From contig OZ024764.1 of the NCBI GenBank assembly GCA_964016885.1, positions 12,648,001 to 12,712,000 on the forward strand: a stretch of 64,000 nt of DNA. Direction: 5' to 3'. The DNA comes from Eledone cirrhosa (lineage: Eukaryota). Below, in pieces: positions 17,885 through 32,589 of this stretch (its first letter is position 1; each line of letters starts with the position of its first letter). The notes under the pieces are model-generated. The model was not told where the DNA came from. It was given only the letters and a program-made list of their open reading frames with translations, and ran no database searches. Made by a program: the position numbers and the translations under genes.

Positions 17885-18276
17885 GATCATTTTACGTCCG
17901 CTTTTCCCTGCTTGCAAGGGTGGGACGGGAACTGATTCTGGCTTGATTTCTACAGCTGGATGCCCTTCCTAACACCAACCTCATTTACAGTGAGTTCTGG
18001 GTGCTTTTTTGCCGTAGCGCCTTCACGTCCACTTTGCAGTGGAATGATAGGGACCCCAGTCCCTATCATCTCATTTCTACAGCTGAGTAAACTGGAGCAA
18101 TGTGAAATAAAGTGTCTTGCTCAAGGAAACAACACATCACCCGGTCTGAGAATTGAACTCACAACCTTTCGATTGCAAGCCCAATGCTCTAACTAACCAC
18201 TAAGCCAGAATCAGTTCCCGTCCCACCCTTGCAAGCAGGGAAAAGCGGACGTAAAATGATGATGATGATGATGATG
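17885..18276 (-). mobile_element. SINE-A (minus, 17885-18207) fused to an inverted second 3' end (plus, 18202-18276)
   Basis: Junction through shared AAGCCA. Confidence 0.85.
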
Positions 18277-18314
18277 ACATATATATATATATTTTATATA
18301 TATAAATATATATA

Positions 18315-18446
18315 TTATCTACCTTGAAATGATGAAAGGCTAAGTTGACTTTCACAGGATTTGAACTCACAGAACAAAAAGAGAGCCTGAACAAATACCA
18401 CAGAGTATTATATCTGCCAGTTCTAATGACTCTGCCAATTCACTGC
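18315..18446 (-). mobile_element. Old, diverged SINE-B-like fragment
   Basis: gatgaaaggctaagttgac..ggatttgaactca..ctgccaattcactgcc. Confidence 0.55.
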
Positions 18447-18921
18447 CAACAAACAGATATATACCAGCTGATGTATTAAACTGTCTTGTAAGCTGCACCA
18501 TCAAAACCCATATATCCATTCCATCACTGCTAGGCTTTCATGCCTGAAGCAAGCCACACCCTACAACACACCACCATCATCATAACACCACCACCATAAC
18601 ACTACCACCACCATGACACTACCACCACCATGACACCACCACCACCATAACACCACCACCATCACCACCTCTTGCTCTGCCATCTATCTGACCACACCGC
18701 ACCACAACACACCAACATAACACCACCATGCCACCACCACCACCACCACCACCATCTAAGGACAGGGCGGAGGGGGTGGGGATTCATGACATTCTGACAG
18801 GTATATATCCTGTCAGGTCTCCTTCCAAAACAAAAGAGTCAGAAAGAGAGAGAGAGAGAGATAGGGGGGAGGGGGGAGTGACCAAATGAAAGAGAGAGAG
18901 AAAGGGCCAAATACCAAATAA

Positions 18922-18968
<47 letters not shown>

Positions 18969-19235
18969 CGAGAGAGAGGAGAGATAGACAGATAGACAGA
19001 GAGAGAGAGAGAGACAGATAGACTGACTGAAAGAGACCAAAGAGACCAAATGCCAACTGAAAGAGAAAGAGAGAGAGAGAGAGAGAGACAGATGGACAGA
19101 CAGACAGACAGACAGAAAGACACACCAGTACCAGGTAAAGCAAAAGCAAAGTAGATCAGATATGGTGGTGGTGGGGTGGTGGGGAGCTGGTGGTGTCAGG
19201 GGGGAAGGTTGATGGGGGAGGGGGGCAGTTGTCCC

Positions 19236-19421
19236 TCTTTTTTTTCTAATTAGCATTTCAACTTGTGTCATGTAATCTTGTGAAAGAGCTAAAGCTAGTG
19301 TGGACAACAGCAATAGAAGCTGATGAGCATCTAAAGGACAAAAGATGTTAAGTGGCTGATGTGCCGTGCCATGGTTGAAGTTCTTGGCTGTCTTTCTCAC
19401 ATATCAGCTTACAGAAAGGGT
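19236..19421 (-). repeat. Unclassified interspersed repeat of about 185 bp, copy 1
   Basis: Reverse complement of 20659-20841 with scattered substitutions; A-rich end. Confidence 0.8.
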
Positions 19422-19467
19422 TTTAACTGCAGCAACACAAGAGAGGGAGAGAGAGAGAACTTGAAAG

Positions 19468-19970
19468 GTCTCTCTCTCTCTCTCACTGTGTCTCTCTCTC
19501 AATAACACTCTCTTAGTCTCTCTCTCTCTCTTACTCTGTCTCTCTCTCAATAACACTCTCTTAGTCTCTCTCTCTTTCTCTTACTCTGTCTCTCTTAGTC
19601 TCTCTCTCTCTCTCAATAACACTATCTTAGTCTCTCTCTCTCTCTTACTCTGTCTCTCTCTCAATAACACTCTCTTAGTCTCTCTCTCTTTCTCTTACTC
19701 TGTCTCTCTCTCAATAACACTCTCTTAGTCTCTCTCTCTTTCTCTTACTCTGTCTCTCTTAGTCTCTCTCTCTCTCTCTCAATAACACTATCTTAGTCTC
19801 TCTCTCTCAATGACACTGTTTTAGTCTCTCTCTCTCTCTCTGTCTATCTCTCTCAATAACACTTTCTTAGTCTCTCTCTCTCTCTTACTCTGTCTATCTG
19901 TCTGTCTGTCTCTCTGCCTGTCTATCTGTCTCACTCTATGTCTCTCTCTGTCTGTCTGTCTGTCTGTCTT
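19468..19970. repeat. (CT)n minisatellite punctuated by 'aataacactctcttag'
   Basis: Direct reading. Confidence 0.9.
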
Positions 19971-20036
19971 CTAGGGTATTTTAGACAGGGTCACATCTGC
20001 TCTGCTCTAGATGGCATTTTAAGTCTGTTTTCTACA

Positions 20037-20068
<32 letters not shown>

Positions 20069-20363
20069 TGCTGCTGATACTACTAACACCACAACTACTA
20101 CCATTACCACTACTACTACAACCACTAATACTACTATTACTGCTACTACTACTACTACAACCACTAATACTACTATTACTGCTACTACTACTACTAAAGC
20201 TACTACTACTATTACTACGACGACCACTACCACCACTACTACTGCTACTAGTACTACTACTACAACCATTGCTACTACTATTACTACTACAACCACTGCT
20301 ACTACCATCACCACTACCACTACTACCACCGCTCGCTACTACCATCATTATTACTACTACTGC

Positions 20364-20557
20364 AAGGGCAGTGGATTGGCAGTATCGGTAGAGGGTCGGA
20401 CGCCATGCTTTGCAGAATAGAGTTACGCCCCTTTACGGTCTGAGTTCAAATCCCGCCGAGGTTAACTTTGCCTTTCATCCTTACGGAGTCGATAAAATAA
20501 AGTACCAGTAATGCACTGGGGTAATTGCTGGCCTTGTGCCAAAAGTAGAAACAATTA
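20364..20557 (+). mobile_element. tRNA-derived SINE-B, full length
   Basis: A-box-like TGGCAGTATCGG, B box GAGTTCAAATCC, central gcctttcatcc..gtcgataaaataaagtacc domain; further copies at 40269, 44201, 45625. Confidence 0.88.
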
Positions 20558-20658
20558 CTACTACTACTACTACTACTGCTGCCACTACTACAGCTACTGT
20601 TTTGGACTTCTGTCAGCTCTGGTAATGAGTGTTCAACAGAAGCCATCCACCTCACCCA

Positions 20659-20841
20659 CCCCTTCTGTAAGCTGATATGCGAGAAAGACAGCCAAGAACT
20701 TCAACCATGGAACGTCTCATCAGCCACTTAACATCTTTTGTCCTTTCGATGCTCATCAGCTTCTATTGCCGTTGTTCACACTAGCTTTAGCTCTTTCACA
20801 AGATGACATGACACAAGTTGAAATGCTAATTAAAAAAAAAA
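20659..20841 (+). repeat. Unclassified interspersed repeat of about 185 bp, copy 2
   Basis: Inverted copy of 19236-19421, ends in an A run. Confidence 0.8.
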
Positions 20842-21023
20842 GAGCCCCCCCCCCCTCCCTCCTTGTTCTACCTGGCTTTATTGAACCTGTCTGTCTGTCT
20901 GTCTTGTCTTTTCTTATCTTCTTGTCTTTCATTGGCCACTCTATGCCAGAATGAAAAAAAAAAAAAAACGTTTTAAATTGATGACATATATATATTTATA
21001 TATCAAGAGATGTCAACATGAAT

Positions 21024-21362
21024 CATTTCATCATTTCACTTTACGTCCACTTCTCCCTGCTTGCAAGGGTGGGACGGGAACTGATGCTGGCTTGATTTCT
21101 ACAGCTGGATGCCCTTCCTAACACCAACCTCATTTACAGTGAGTGCTGGGTGCTTTTTTGCCGTGGCACCTCCACAACCACTTTGCAGTGGAATGATAGG
21201 GACCCCAGTCCCTATCATCTCATTTCTACAGCTGAGTAAACTGGAGCAATGTGAAATAAAGTGTCTTGCTCAAGGAAACAACACATCACCTGGTCTGAGA
21301 ATTGAACTCACAACCTTTCGATTGCAAGGCCAATGCTCTAACCACTAAGCCATGTGCCTCCA
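21024..21362 (-). mobile_element. SINE-A, full length, with CATGAAT target-site duplication
   Basis: catgaat at 21017-21023 and 21361-21367. Confidence 0.92.
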
Positions 21363-21443
21363 TGAATGAACCTGTTATTTTTATCTAAAGATATTTTTTT
21401 CCAATTCTACCCCGCCCCTACCTTCAATCTATTTATTTCTCAT

Positions 21444-21479
21444 TCTTCTGATGAAGGACTAGCGTCCGAAACGTTAAAA
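21444..21479 (+). ncRNA. Minimal hammerhead motif (Penelope type, palindromic stem III)
   Basis: UCUU-CUGAUGA-A-GGAC uagc GUCC-GAAA-CGUU; sister copies supply AAGA for stem I. Confidence 0.55.
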
Positions 21480-21909
21480 CCCTCTTCTTGCTATTTCAGA
21501 AATAACAACACAATCAGTACAATATATTGAAGGTATATATTAGGTTAATGCTTGAAATAGTAGGAAGAGGGTCTTAATGTTTTGGACGCTAGTCCTTCAT
21601 CAGAAGAAAGAATGAGAAATAGGATAGATTGAAGGGACGGATAGGGTGGAATTGGAAAAAAATGTCTTTAGATAAAAATAACAGGTCCATTCATGTTGAC
21701 ATCTCTTAAACAACGATAGTGAGTAAAATCAAAGTTGCAGCTACAGCTAGCATCTCTTGGCAGAACAATCCTCTGAAGCTTGTACAAGCTCTCCGTAAGA
21801 TGATAGTGATGAATCGATAAGTACTCTGGTCGGTTATGCATGTGTGCAAAATGTAAACAGAAACAACAAAGCAAGCAACACAGTACAACGAAGAAATAAA
21901 TTAATTAAT

Positions 21910-22556
21910 TTAACAATTTAGTGTTCAAACCGGCCAAAACTGGCCAGAATTCTCTACCTCTTTCTGTTAAAACTGGCTGTAACTGGTCGCCCAAACTGAT
22001 GTTAAGGTATTGTTCTCAAAATAAATACTTTCAAAATCTCATAGATTCGATATTATATGAGGTAAAGCCTTTACTGTGAAAATACAATAGTATATATAGA
22101 GTAATGTAAATGTTATATGAGGTATTATGTGAGGTAAAGCTTTTACCAAGAAAATACAATAGTATATATAGAGTAATGTAAATGTTATGAGAGATATTAT
22201 GTGAGATAAAGCCTTTACTGTGAAAATACAATAGTATATATAGAGTAATGTAAATGTTATGTGAGATATTATGTGAGGTAAAGCCTTTACTGTGAAAATA
22301 CAATAGTATATATAGAGTAATGTAAATGTTATGTGAGATATTATGTGAAGTAAAGCCTTTACTGTGAAAATACAATAGTATATATAGAGTAATGTAAATG
22401 TTATGTGAGATATTATGTGAAGTAAAGCCTTTACTGTGAAAATACAATAGTATATATAGAGTAATGTAAATGTTATGTGAGATATTATGTGAAGTAAAGC
22501 CTTTACTGTGAAAATACAATAGTATATATAGAGTAATGTGAATGCTAAAGGGTTGA
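21910..22556 (-). mobile_element. TTAA-CCC MITE, second copy, with about seven 72-bp units
   Basis: Right end aatgctaaagggttga; degenerate left end ttaacaatttagtgttcaaac; body is the reverse complement of 10568-11776. Confidence 0.7.
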
Positions 22557-22574
22557 CACTTGATATAGTGGAAA

Positions 22575-22712
22575 AAAGTCTTTACATTTCGGACACTAGT
22601 CCTTCATCAGAAGATAGAATGAGACATAAAAGATGAAATAAAAAGATAAAAAGGGGGGAAGAGGGAGAAACGGAAAAAAAAAATTAAAAGAACGTGCCTA
22701 TTCAGTCAACCA
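22575..22712 (-). mobile_element. Penelope-like terminal fragment with minimal hammerhead motif
   Basis: Minus strand tctt-CTGATGA-aggac tagt gtcc-GAAA-tgta-aaga; similar to 21570-21700. Confidence 0.55.
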
Positions 22713-22721
22713 TTTTGGATA

Positions 22722-23046
22722 ATCATCATCATCATCATTATTATCAATGCTTTATAGCTATTTTCCATGCTAGCATGGGTTTGACAGGTTGTGCTGTTAT
22801 GTGGCTAGCCAGGTCAGGTGACCATACCTTGTTCACAAACTCTGCTTTTGGCTTGGCTCGGCTTAGCTTGGCTTTCTGTGGCTGGATGTCACTCAATAAT
22901 GCCTACCACTTTACAGAGTGTACTTGGTGTATTGTACCAGTGGCCACAGCACTACCACTTTACAGAGTGTACTGGGTGTAGTATATTGAGGCACCAGGAC
23001 TAAAGCTTTACAGAGTGTACTGGGTGTACTCTATCATGTCACCAGC
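22722..23046 (-). mobile_element. Older RTE-tail SINE/LINE 3' fragment
   Basis: (CAT)n tail, ccatgctagcatggg, ggctggatg..ccactttacagagtgtactgggtg repeats. Confidence 0.6.
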
Positions 23047-23079
23047 ACTACATCTTTACTGACAAAGAAACATAGTGAG

Positions 23080-23992
23080 AGACTGACACGCACACACACA
23101 AACACAGAGACACACATACATACACACGCACACACACAGACAGACATACAAAGAGACACAGCCACACACACACACAGTGACAAACACACATATATATATA
23201 TACAGGCACACATACACAGGCACACAGACAAACACAAACACAGTGACAAACACACACACACACATAGTGACAAACACATATATATACAGGCACACATACA
23301 CACACACACAGACACACAGACAAACACATAGACACACACACAAACACTGACAAACACACACACACATACATATAGACACACGCACACACAGTGACAAACA
23401 CATATATATATATATACAGGCACACATACACACACACACACAGACACACAGACAAACACAGTGACAAACACACACACATACATATAGACAGACAGTGACA
23501 AACACACACACATATATATATACAGGCACACATACACACACACACATAGACACACACACAAACACAGTGACAAACACACACACACATACATATAGACACA
23601 CACAGTGACAAACACACAAACACATACATATACAGACATACATACACATACACACAGATACATATAGACAGACATACATACATACACAGACACAGTGACA
23701 AACACAAACACATACATATAGACATACATACACATACACACACAAACACATACATATAGACATACACACACACACACATACACAGTGACAGACAGACAGA
23801 CTGACAAGGCAATGGAGGAACAAGACATATTTATAAAAACATCTGTTTTATAAATGTGTCGCTAGAGGGAGCCACAATGACATGCAAGCACACACTCACA
23901 CATACATATACACACATATATACACACATATATACATACATGCACGCACATACATACATTTCAGAGAGATACACAAACAAGATATATAAATA

Positions 23993-24042
<50 letters not shown>

Positions 24043-24049
24043 CACACAC

Positions 24050-24080
<31 letters not shown>

Positions 24081-24357
24081 CACACACACACATATATACA
24101 TATATATACATACATATACACACACATATATATATTTATTTACACACAAACACATATACATATACATATACACACATATATGTATATACACACACATATA
24201 TATATATATATACACACACATATATATATATATACACATATATATATATACACACACACATATATACATATATATATACACATATATATACATACATATG
24301 CACACACATATATATATATACACACAGACACCCATATACATATACATGCATATATAG

Positions 24358-24401
<44 letters not shown>

Positions 24402-25625
24402 CACAATAAATATACAAAAATATATATAAATATATATACACGTATATACACATGTATGTGTATATATACGTCATACACAATAAATATACAAATATATATA
24501 TATTTATATAAATATAAATATATTTATATACACATATATACACATGTATGTATATATATATATATATATACATACATGTGTATATACATATATACACACA
24601 TGTATATATGTATTCAGGGCAGGTTTTTCCATCTTGATTTGGTGTCATGAAAAAGGAAAAAAAAAAAGAAAAAGAAAAAGAAAAGGTTGCTTGACACAGC
24701 CCCCACCACCACCACCATTGACACCCACACTGCCCCACCACCACTCCACACCCCAGTTACTGTGACAATAATTTACCCCCACCCTGGGCCCAGGTCTGTC
24801 TTCAGTTGCTGTCTTCTGTGGCTATTCTTGCAATGTTAAGTGACAATGGTGGTGGTGGTGGTGGTATGGTGGTGGTGGTGGTATGGTGGTGTTGGTGGTG
24901 GTGGTATGGTGGTGGTGGTGGTGTGGTGGTGTTGGTGGTGGTGGTATGATGGTATGGTGGTATGGTGGTGTTGGTGGTATGGTGGTGGTGGTGATGGTGG
25001 TATGGTGGTGGTGGTGGTGGTATGGTGGTGGTATGATGGTATGGTGGTATGGTGGTGTTGGTGGTGTGGTGGTGGTGGTATGGTGGTGGTGGTATGGTGG
25101 TGGTGGTGGTATGGTGGTGGTGGTGGTGGTGGTATGGTGGTGGTATGATGGTATGGTGGTATGGTGGTGTTGGTGGTATGGTGGTGGTGGTATGGTGGTG
25201 GTGGTGGTATGGTGGTGGTGGTGGTGGTATGGTGGTGGTGGTGGTATGGTGGTGGTGGTGGTATGGTGGTATGGTGGTGGTGGTGGTATGGTGGTGGTGC
25301 TGGTATGGTGGTGGTGGTATGGTGGCAATGGTGTTGGTGGTTGTGACAGTGGTGGTGGTGGTTGTGGTGGTGGTGGTGGTGGTGGTGGTTGTGACAGTGG
25401 TGGTGTGGTGGTTGTGACAGTGGTGGTGTGGTGGTGATGGTGGCGGTGGTGGTGTTGGTGGTCATGTTGATGGCGGTGTTGGTTGGTGGTGGTGTTGGTG
25501 ATGGTGTAAGTGATAATGGTGTTGATGGTATTGATGGTGGTGGTATTGTTAGTGGTGGGGTCGTTAATGATGGGGGTGGTGGTGATGGTGATTTGTGGGT
25601 GATGATGATGATGATGGTGGTGGTG
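23080..25625. repeat. (CA)n-derived minisatellite, (TA)n field and (GGT/GGTAT)n field
   Basis: Direct reading. Confidence 0.85.
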
Positions 25626-25635
25626 TTTGTTGTTG

Positions 25636-25689
25636 ACCCTTGCAAGCAGGGAAAAGCAGACGTAAAATGATGATGATGATGATGATGAT
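25636..25689 (+). mobile_element. SINE-A extreme 3' end
   Basis: acccttgcaagcagggaaaagcagacgtaaaatgatgatg. Confidence 0.8.
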
Positions 25690-25804
25690 ATATATGTTTT
25701 TTACAAGCACAAAATGTAGACACCACCCCCCGCAGCTGAGGTACTCTGTACTTCTCTGTACTGTTTCAGAAAGGAGGGATAAACATGCCAATCTATGTTT
25801 AGAA

Positions 25805-25833
25805 GCCTGAGCAACGCCGGGCCATTCTGCTAG
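25805..25833 (+). mobile_element. Helitron 3' terminus (5' extent not determined)
   Basis: GC-rich hairpin gcctgagcaacgccgggc, 7-nt spacer, CTAG, then T. Confidence 0.6.
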
Positions 25834-25974
25834 TATATTTAAAACAAGGTTATCTCTGATCGAGATGAAGCGAGAGTCTATTTGATTAAATACATATAAC
25901 AATGAGAAATCTCATCGCTGGAGCAGTCGTTAAAACAGCTAAATACTGTCAAAGACAGTGATGGGCAAAAATAC

Positions 25975-26093
25975 AGTAGTAGTAGTAGTGTTGGTGGTGG
26001 TGGTAGTAGTGGTAATAGTAGTGGTGTTGGTGGTAGTAGTAGTAGTAATAGTAGTAGTGGTAATAGTAGTAGTGGTGGTAGTAGTAGTAGTGT

Positions 26094-26131
<38 letters not shown>

Positions 26132-26254
26132 ATAGTAGTAGTGGTAATAGTAGTGGTGTTGGTGGTGGTAGTAGTAGTAGTGGTGGTAGTAGTAGTAGTA
26201 GTAGTGGTAATAGTAGTGGTGGTAGTAGTAGTGGTAGTAGTAGTAGTAGTGGTG

Positions 26255-26303
<49 letters not shown>

Positions 26304-26453
26304 TAGTAGTAGTAGTGGTGGTAATAGTAGTGGTGTTGGTGGTAGTAGTAGTGGTAATAGTAGTGGTGTTGGTGGTAGTAGTAGTAGTAGTAGTAGTGGT
26401 AGTAGTAGTGGTGTTGGTAGTAGTAATAGTAGTAGTGGTAATAGTAGTGGTGT

Positions 26454-26485
<32 letters not shown>

Positions 26486-26562
26486 GTGTTGGTGGTAGTA
26501 GTAGTAGTAGTAGTAGTGGTAGTAGTAGTGGTGTTGGTGGTGGTAGTAGTAGTAGTAGTAGG
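25975..26562. repeat. (TAG/TGG)n trinucleotide repeat
   Basis: Direct reading. Confidence 0.95.
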
Positions 26563-26875
26563 TCATGATTATATCAGATCTGGACCAAGTTTTGTCACTT
26601 GAACTGTCACATAAGTTCATGATGCCATACCGTGGTAGTGGTGAGTGGTGGTGGTGGTGGTGAGTGGTGGTGTTGGTGTGTGGTAGTAGTGGTGTGTCTG
26701 GTGTGGTAGTGGTGCAGTGGTGTGTGGTTGTGGTGTGTGGTGCCGTGGTGCGGCGTTTCTGTGGCATTGGGGAAAAAAGATGGAAAAAGACACAGAAGAT
26801 ACAAATGATACAAGATGTACAAAAGATGCAAAAAAGATGTAAATACAATAATATATTTATATCTATATTTATATA

Positions 26876-26950
<75 letters not shown>

Positions 26951-27012
26951 TTATATATATATATATCTTTCTCTCTCCGATATATATATACATGTGTGTT
27001 TGTCTTTCCTTT

Positions 27013-27048
<36 letters not shown>

Positions 27049-27052
<4 letters not shown>

Positions 27053-27932
27053 TCATCATCTTCGTTTAATGTCTATCTTCCACGCTAGCATGGGTTAGAC
27101 GGGAGTTGTCCCAATTTGAGTCAACGTTGGTCGGGTGACCATGTCTCACTCATATAGGACTGTCTGGCAGGTTTTCTACGGCTGGATGCACTTCCTAACA
27201 CCAACCACATTTACAGTGTGGACTGGGAACTTTTTACCGTGTTACCTACACGACCATATTACAGAGTGGACTGTGTGTTTTTTGCTGTGACACCTACATG
27301 ATCTCGATCTCATTATCTCATTTATTTGGACTGGATGTTGTGGTACCAACTTTACAGAGAGAGGGTGGTGTTGGTGGGAGTGGGAGGATAGGGTAGCGTT
27401 AGTGGATTGGGGTGTATATTTGGTTAAGAGGTGCCTACTGACTGTAGGTTTCGCTTTGTACATAGGCAAGGCGGGTCTTCTGTATTACTGCGTAGCGCCA
27501 AAGATCTCGGTCCAGTGACATTGTCTTGGAGAGGTGCAAGTGTGTGAGGTCGGAATTTATCAAATCGTCCCAGGCTTTTCTGGGTCTGCCTACTCCGTAA
27601 CTACCATCAATTTTGATCGCCCTGCACTTTTTTATACAGCTGTCGTCTTTCATGCGCATCACGTGACCATACCAACGTAGTCTTCTCTCAAGTAAACAGC
27701 ATCTGATCCCTCTTATTCCTAATTTCTCACTTAGTTCATTTATGCTTTGCCGTTCACGTATATTACTATTACACATCCAACGGAGCATGCATGCTTCGTT
27801 CCTTTCCAGTCTGCGCAGGTCCTCCGCACGTAATGCCTATGTCTCACTGCCATGAAACATTGCTGTTCGTATACAGGCATCATACAATCTGCCTTTCATT
27901 TTTACAGAGAAACCTTTTGTGGCCAACAGCGG
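27049..27932 (-). mobile_element. RTE-2 LINE, 5'-truncated, ORF disrupted
   Basis: KGRLYDACIRTAM.HGSET* ...MLRWMC...RRLRWYGHVMRM...GRPRK.W, then 3'UTR and (GAT)n tail. Confidence 0.9.
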
Positions 27933-28027
27933 TATATATATATATATATATATGTAACTATATCTATATTTACAGATAAATATATGTATATATGTGTAAA
28001 CATATATATATTTATACATATATATAA

Positions 28028-28374
28028 TGGAGGTACATGGCTTAGTGGTTAGATCATTAGCCTTGCAATCCAAAGGTTGTGAGTTCAATTCTCAGACCGG
28101 GTGATGTGTTGTTTCCTTGAGCAAGACACTTTATTTCACATTGCTCCAGTTTACTCAGCTGTAGAAATGAGATGATAGGGACTGGGGTCCCTATCATTCC
28201 ACTGCAAAGTGGTCGTGGAGGTGCCACGGCAAAAAGAGCACCCAGCACTCACTGTAAATGAGGTTGGTGTTAGGAAGGGCATCCAGCTGTAGAAATCAAG
28301 CCAGAATCAGTTCCCGTCCCACCCTTGCAAGCAGGGAAGAAGCGGACGTAAAATGAAATGATGATGATGATGAT
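28028..28374 (+). mobile_element. SINE-A, full length
   Basis: A/B boxes, body and tail as 4443-4769. Confidence 0.92.
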
Positions 28375-28569
28375 ATATATATATATGTATATATACACAC
28401 ACACACAGACATATATATATATATATATATATATGTTTGTGTGTTTTACATATATGCATTCATATGTATATATAAACACACACACACATGTATGTAGAAA
28501 GTAGACAGAGGGAGGGGTTCAGCAAATAAACAAAAGCGGTGTGAGGGGGGGGGGGTTGAACAGAGGTGA

Positions 28570-29264
28570 GGACGATGATGGTGATGACAGTAATGGTGAG
28601 GATGATGAAGAGTGATGATGACAACGAAGACGAAGGTGATACACATGACAACAGAGGTCACGATGTTGATGGTGATGATGATGATGATGGTGATGGTGGT
28701 GATGGTGATGATGATGACGGCAGTGATGATGATGAGGACAATGGTCATAATGATGATGATGACAATGATGATGATAAGTATGACAAAAGTGTTGATGATG
28801 ATGGTGACAATGATGATGGTGATGATGGTGATGGTGATGACAATAATAATAATGATGACAATGACAGTGATGATGATGATGATGGTGATGACAGTGATGA
28901 TGATGGTAAATGATGGTGATGATGGTGGTGGTGATGACATTGATGGTGATGATGATGATGATGACAGTGATGATGATGGTAAATGATGGTGGTGATGACA
29001 GTGATGATGATGGTAAATGATGGTGGTGATGGTGATGACAATAATAATAATGATGACAATGACAGTGATGATGATGATGATGGTGATGACAGTGATGATG
29101 ATGGTAAATGATGGTGGTGATGGTGGTGATGATGGTGATGACTATGATGATGGTGATGACTATGATGGTGATGATGATGACAGTGATAATGATGATGGTG
29201 ATGATGATGATGATGGTGATGATGGTGATGACGATGGTGGTGGTGGTGATGGTGGTGATGATGG

Positions 29265-29346
<82 letters not shown>

Positions 29347-29519
29347 GATGATGGTGATGACAGTGATGATGATGATGATGATGGTGATGGCAGTGATGAC
29401 GATGATGATGGTGATGATGGTGATGGTGATGATGATGGTGATGGCAGTGATGATGATGATGATGGTGATGGCAGTGATGATGATGATGGTGATGATGATG
29501 ATGGTGATGATGATGATGG

Positions 29520-29550
<31 letters not shown>

Positions 29551-29720
29551 GGTGGTGACTATGATGATGGTGATGACTATGATGGTGATGATGGTGATGA
29601 TGATGGTGATGGTGATTATAGTAATGGTGATGATGATTATAGTAGTGGTGATGATGGTGGTGATGGTGATGGTGATGACTATGGTGATGGTGATGATGAT
29701 GGTGATGACAATAATAATAG
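28570..29720. repeat. (GAT/GGT)n trinucleotide repeat
   Basis: Direct reading. Confidence 0.95.
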
Positions 29721-29844
29721 AGAGACAGGGAAGGAATGGCAGTGGATAAGAAAGGGGGGTAAAGGAGTTAATTCAATGGTGTCATAGTCTGTTGTGTCAC
29801 ATACAGGGGAGACAGTAGCTATTGTACATGTCCTCTGTCAGGGT

Positions 29845-31706
<1,862 letters not shown>

Positions 31707-32236
31707 CTTGCTCCATCTTCAAGACATTGTCTTCAGCAAGGGAAGGCAAAAAAAAAAAATAAATTAAAAAAAAAAAATGTCACAACCACAATCACAACAA
31801 CAACAACAACAGCAACAAACACTGAAATAAGACCACATTGTGAGTTTTACACAATGTGGTGAGAAGACAAATATCGGCAAAGACCTCAAATGTGGCGCTG
31901 AATTTCCTCTAAATATAGCCTTGAACACGCAGCAAGGGTTTTCTACAAATATTTTATACAAATAAATATAGACACAAGAATGACTGCGGGGTTAAGGGGA
32001 TTGTTTCTCAAACAGGTTTAGGTTCAGTCCCACTGCATGGCTGTATCTAGAGCAGAGGTTTATCAAACCTTTGCCCCCCCCTCTCCCTCCCTCCTCCTCT
32101 CACGACCATGTGATACCCCCAGTGCCCCTATTTCCTGACAGACCTGCTTACACACAAACTGTAAATAATGTATTATGAATTAAATTGTTAATTTACATAT
32201 TATAAATAATAAAACATACACTATATTAATAATAAT

Positions 32237-32527
32237 GAAATTATTGTGTACAGTGCTCAGGTGCACTACAACTCATCAAAGGTGCATGTATAGTACATAG
32301 AATAATGTACAAATGTCAGGAAAGTGAACAGTGTATGAGTCATGATATAATGAAAATTATTGTGTACAGTGCTCAGGTGCACTACAACTCATCAAAGGTG
32401 CATGTATAGTACATAGAATAATGTACAAATGTCGGGAAAGTGAACAGTGTATGAGTCATGATATACATGTGTGCGTGTGTATGGAGGGGGAATATCAGGT
32501 GTAGTGTTGGCGAATTTTGGGTAAGCA
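32237..32527 (-). mobile_element. CR1-clade LINE 3'UTR with a tandem duplication of about 116 bp
   Basis: Reverse complement of 42145-42305. Confidence 0.8.
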
Positions 32528-32589
32528 GAAGACTGATTTAAGTGCAAGAATTTCAGAAGCTGGTGCAGTGATGCAGCTTCGGCATTTGG

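Larger units (their letters stand above)
21005..21707. mobile_element. Inverted pair of Penelope-like termini with minimal hammerheads, left arm interrupted by SINE-A
   Basis: Arms 21005-21023 plus 21361-21498 and 21552-21707 are diverged reverse complements; each carries CTGATGAAGGACTAGCGTCC(G/A)AAAC. Confidence 0.65.

Noticed and set aside
20700-20770. Hammerhead or C/D snoRNA on the minus strand (CTGATGAGCATCGAAA)
   Set aside because: Stems I and III cannot both form with a valid NUH triplet, and the sister copy has disrupted motifs
21109-21348. Repeated small [12 protein letters not shown]...
   Set aside because: Antisense reading of SINE-A; recurs only because the SINE recurs
28028-28100. 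tRNA gene
   Set aside because: It is the tRNA-derived head of multi-copy SINE-A; no proper acceptor stem or terminator
29017-29787. Asp-rich biomineralisation-like protein
   Set aside because: Degenerate (GAT)n microsatellite with no signal peptide or exon structure
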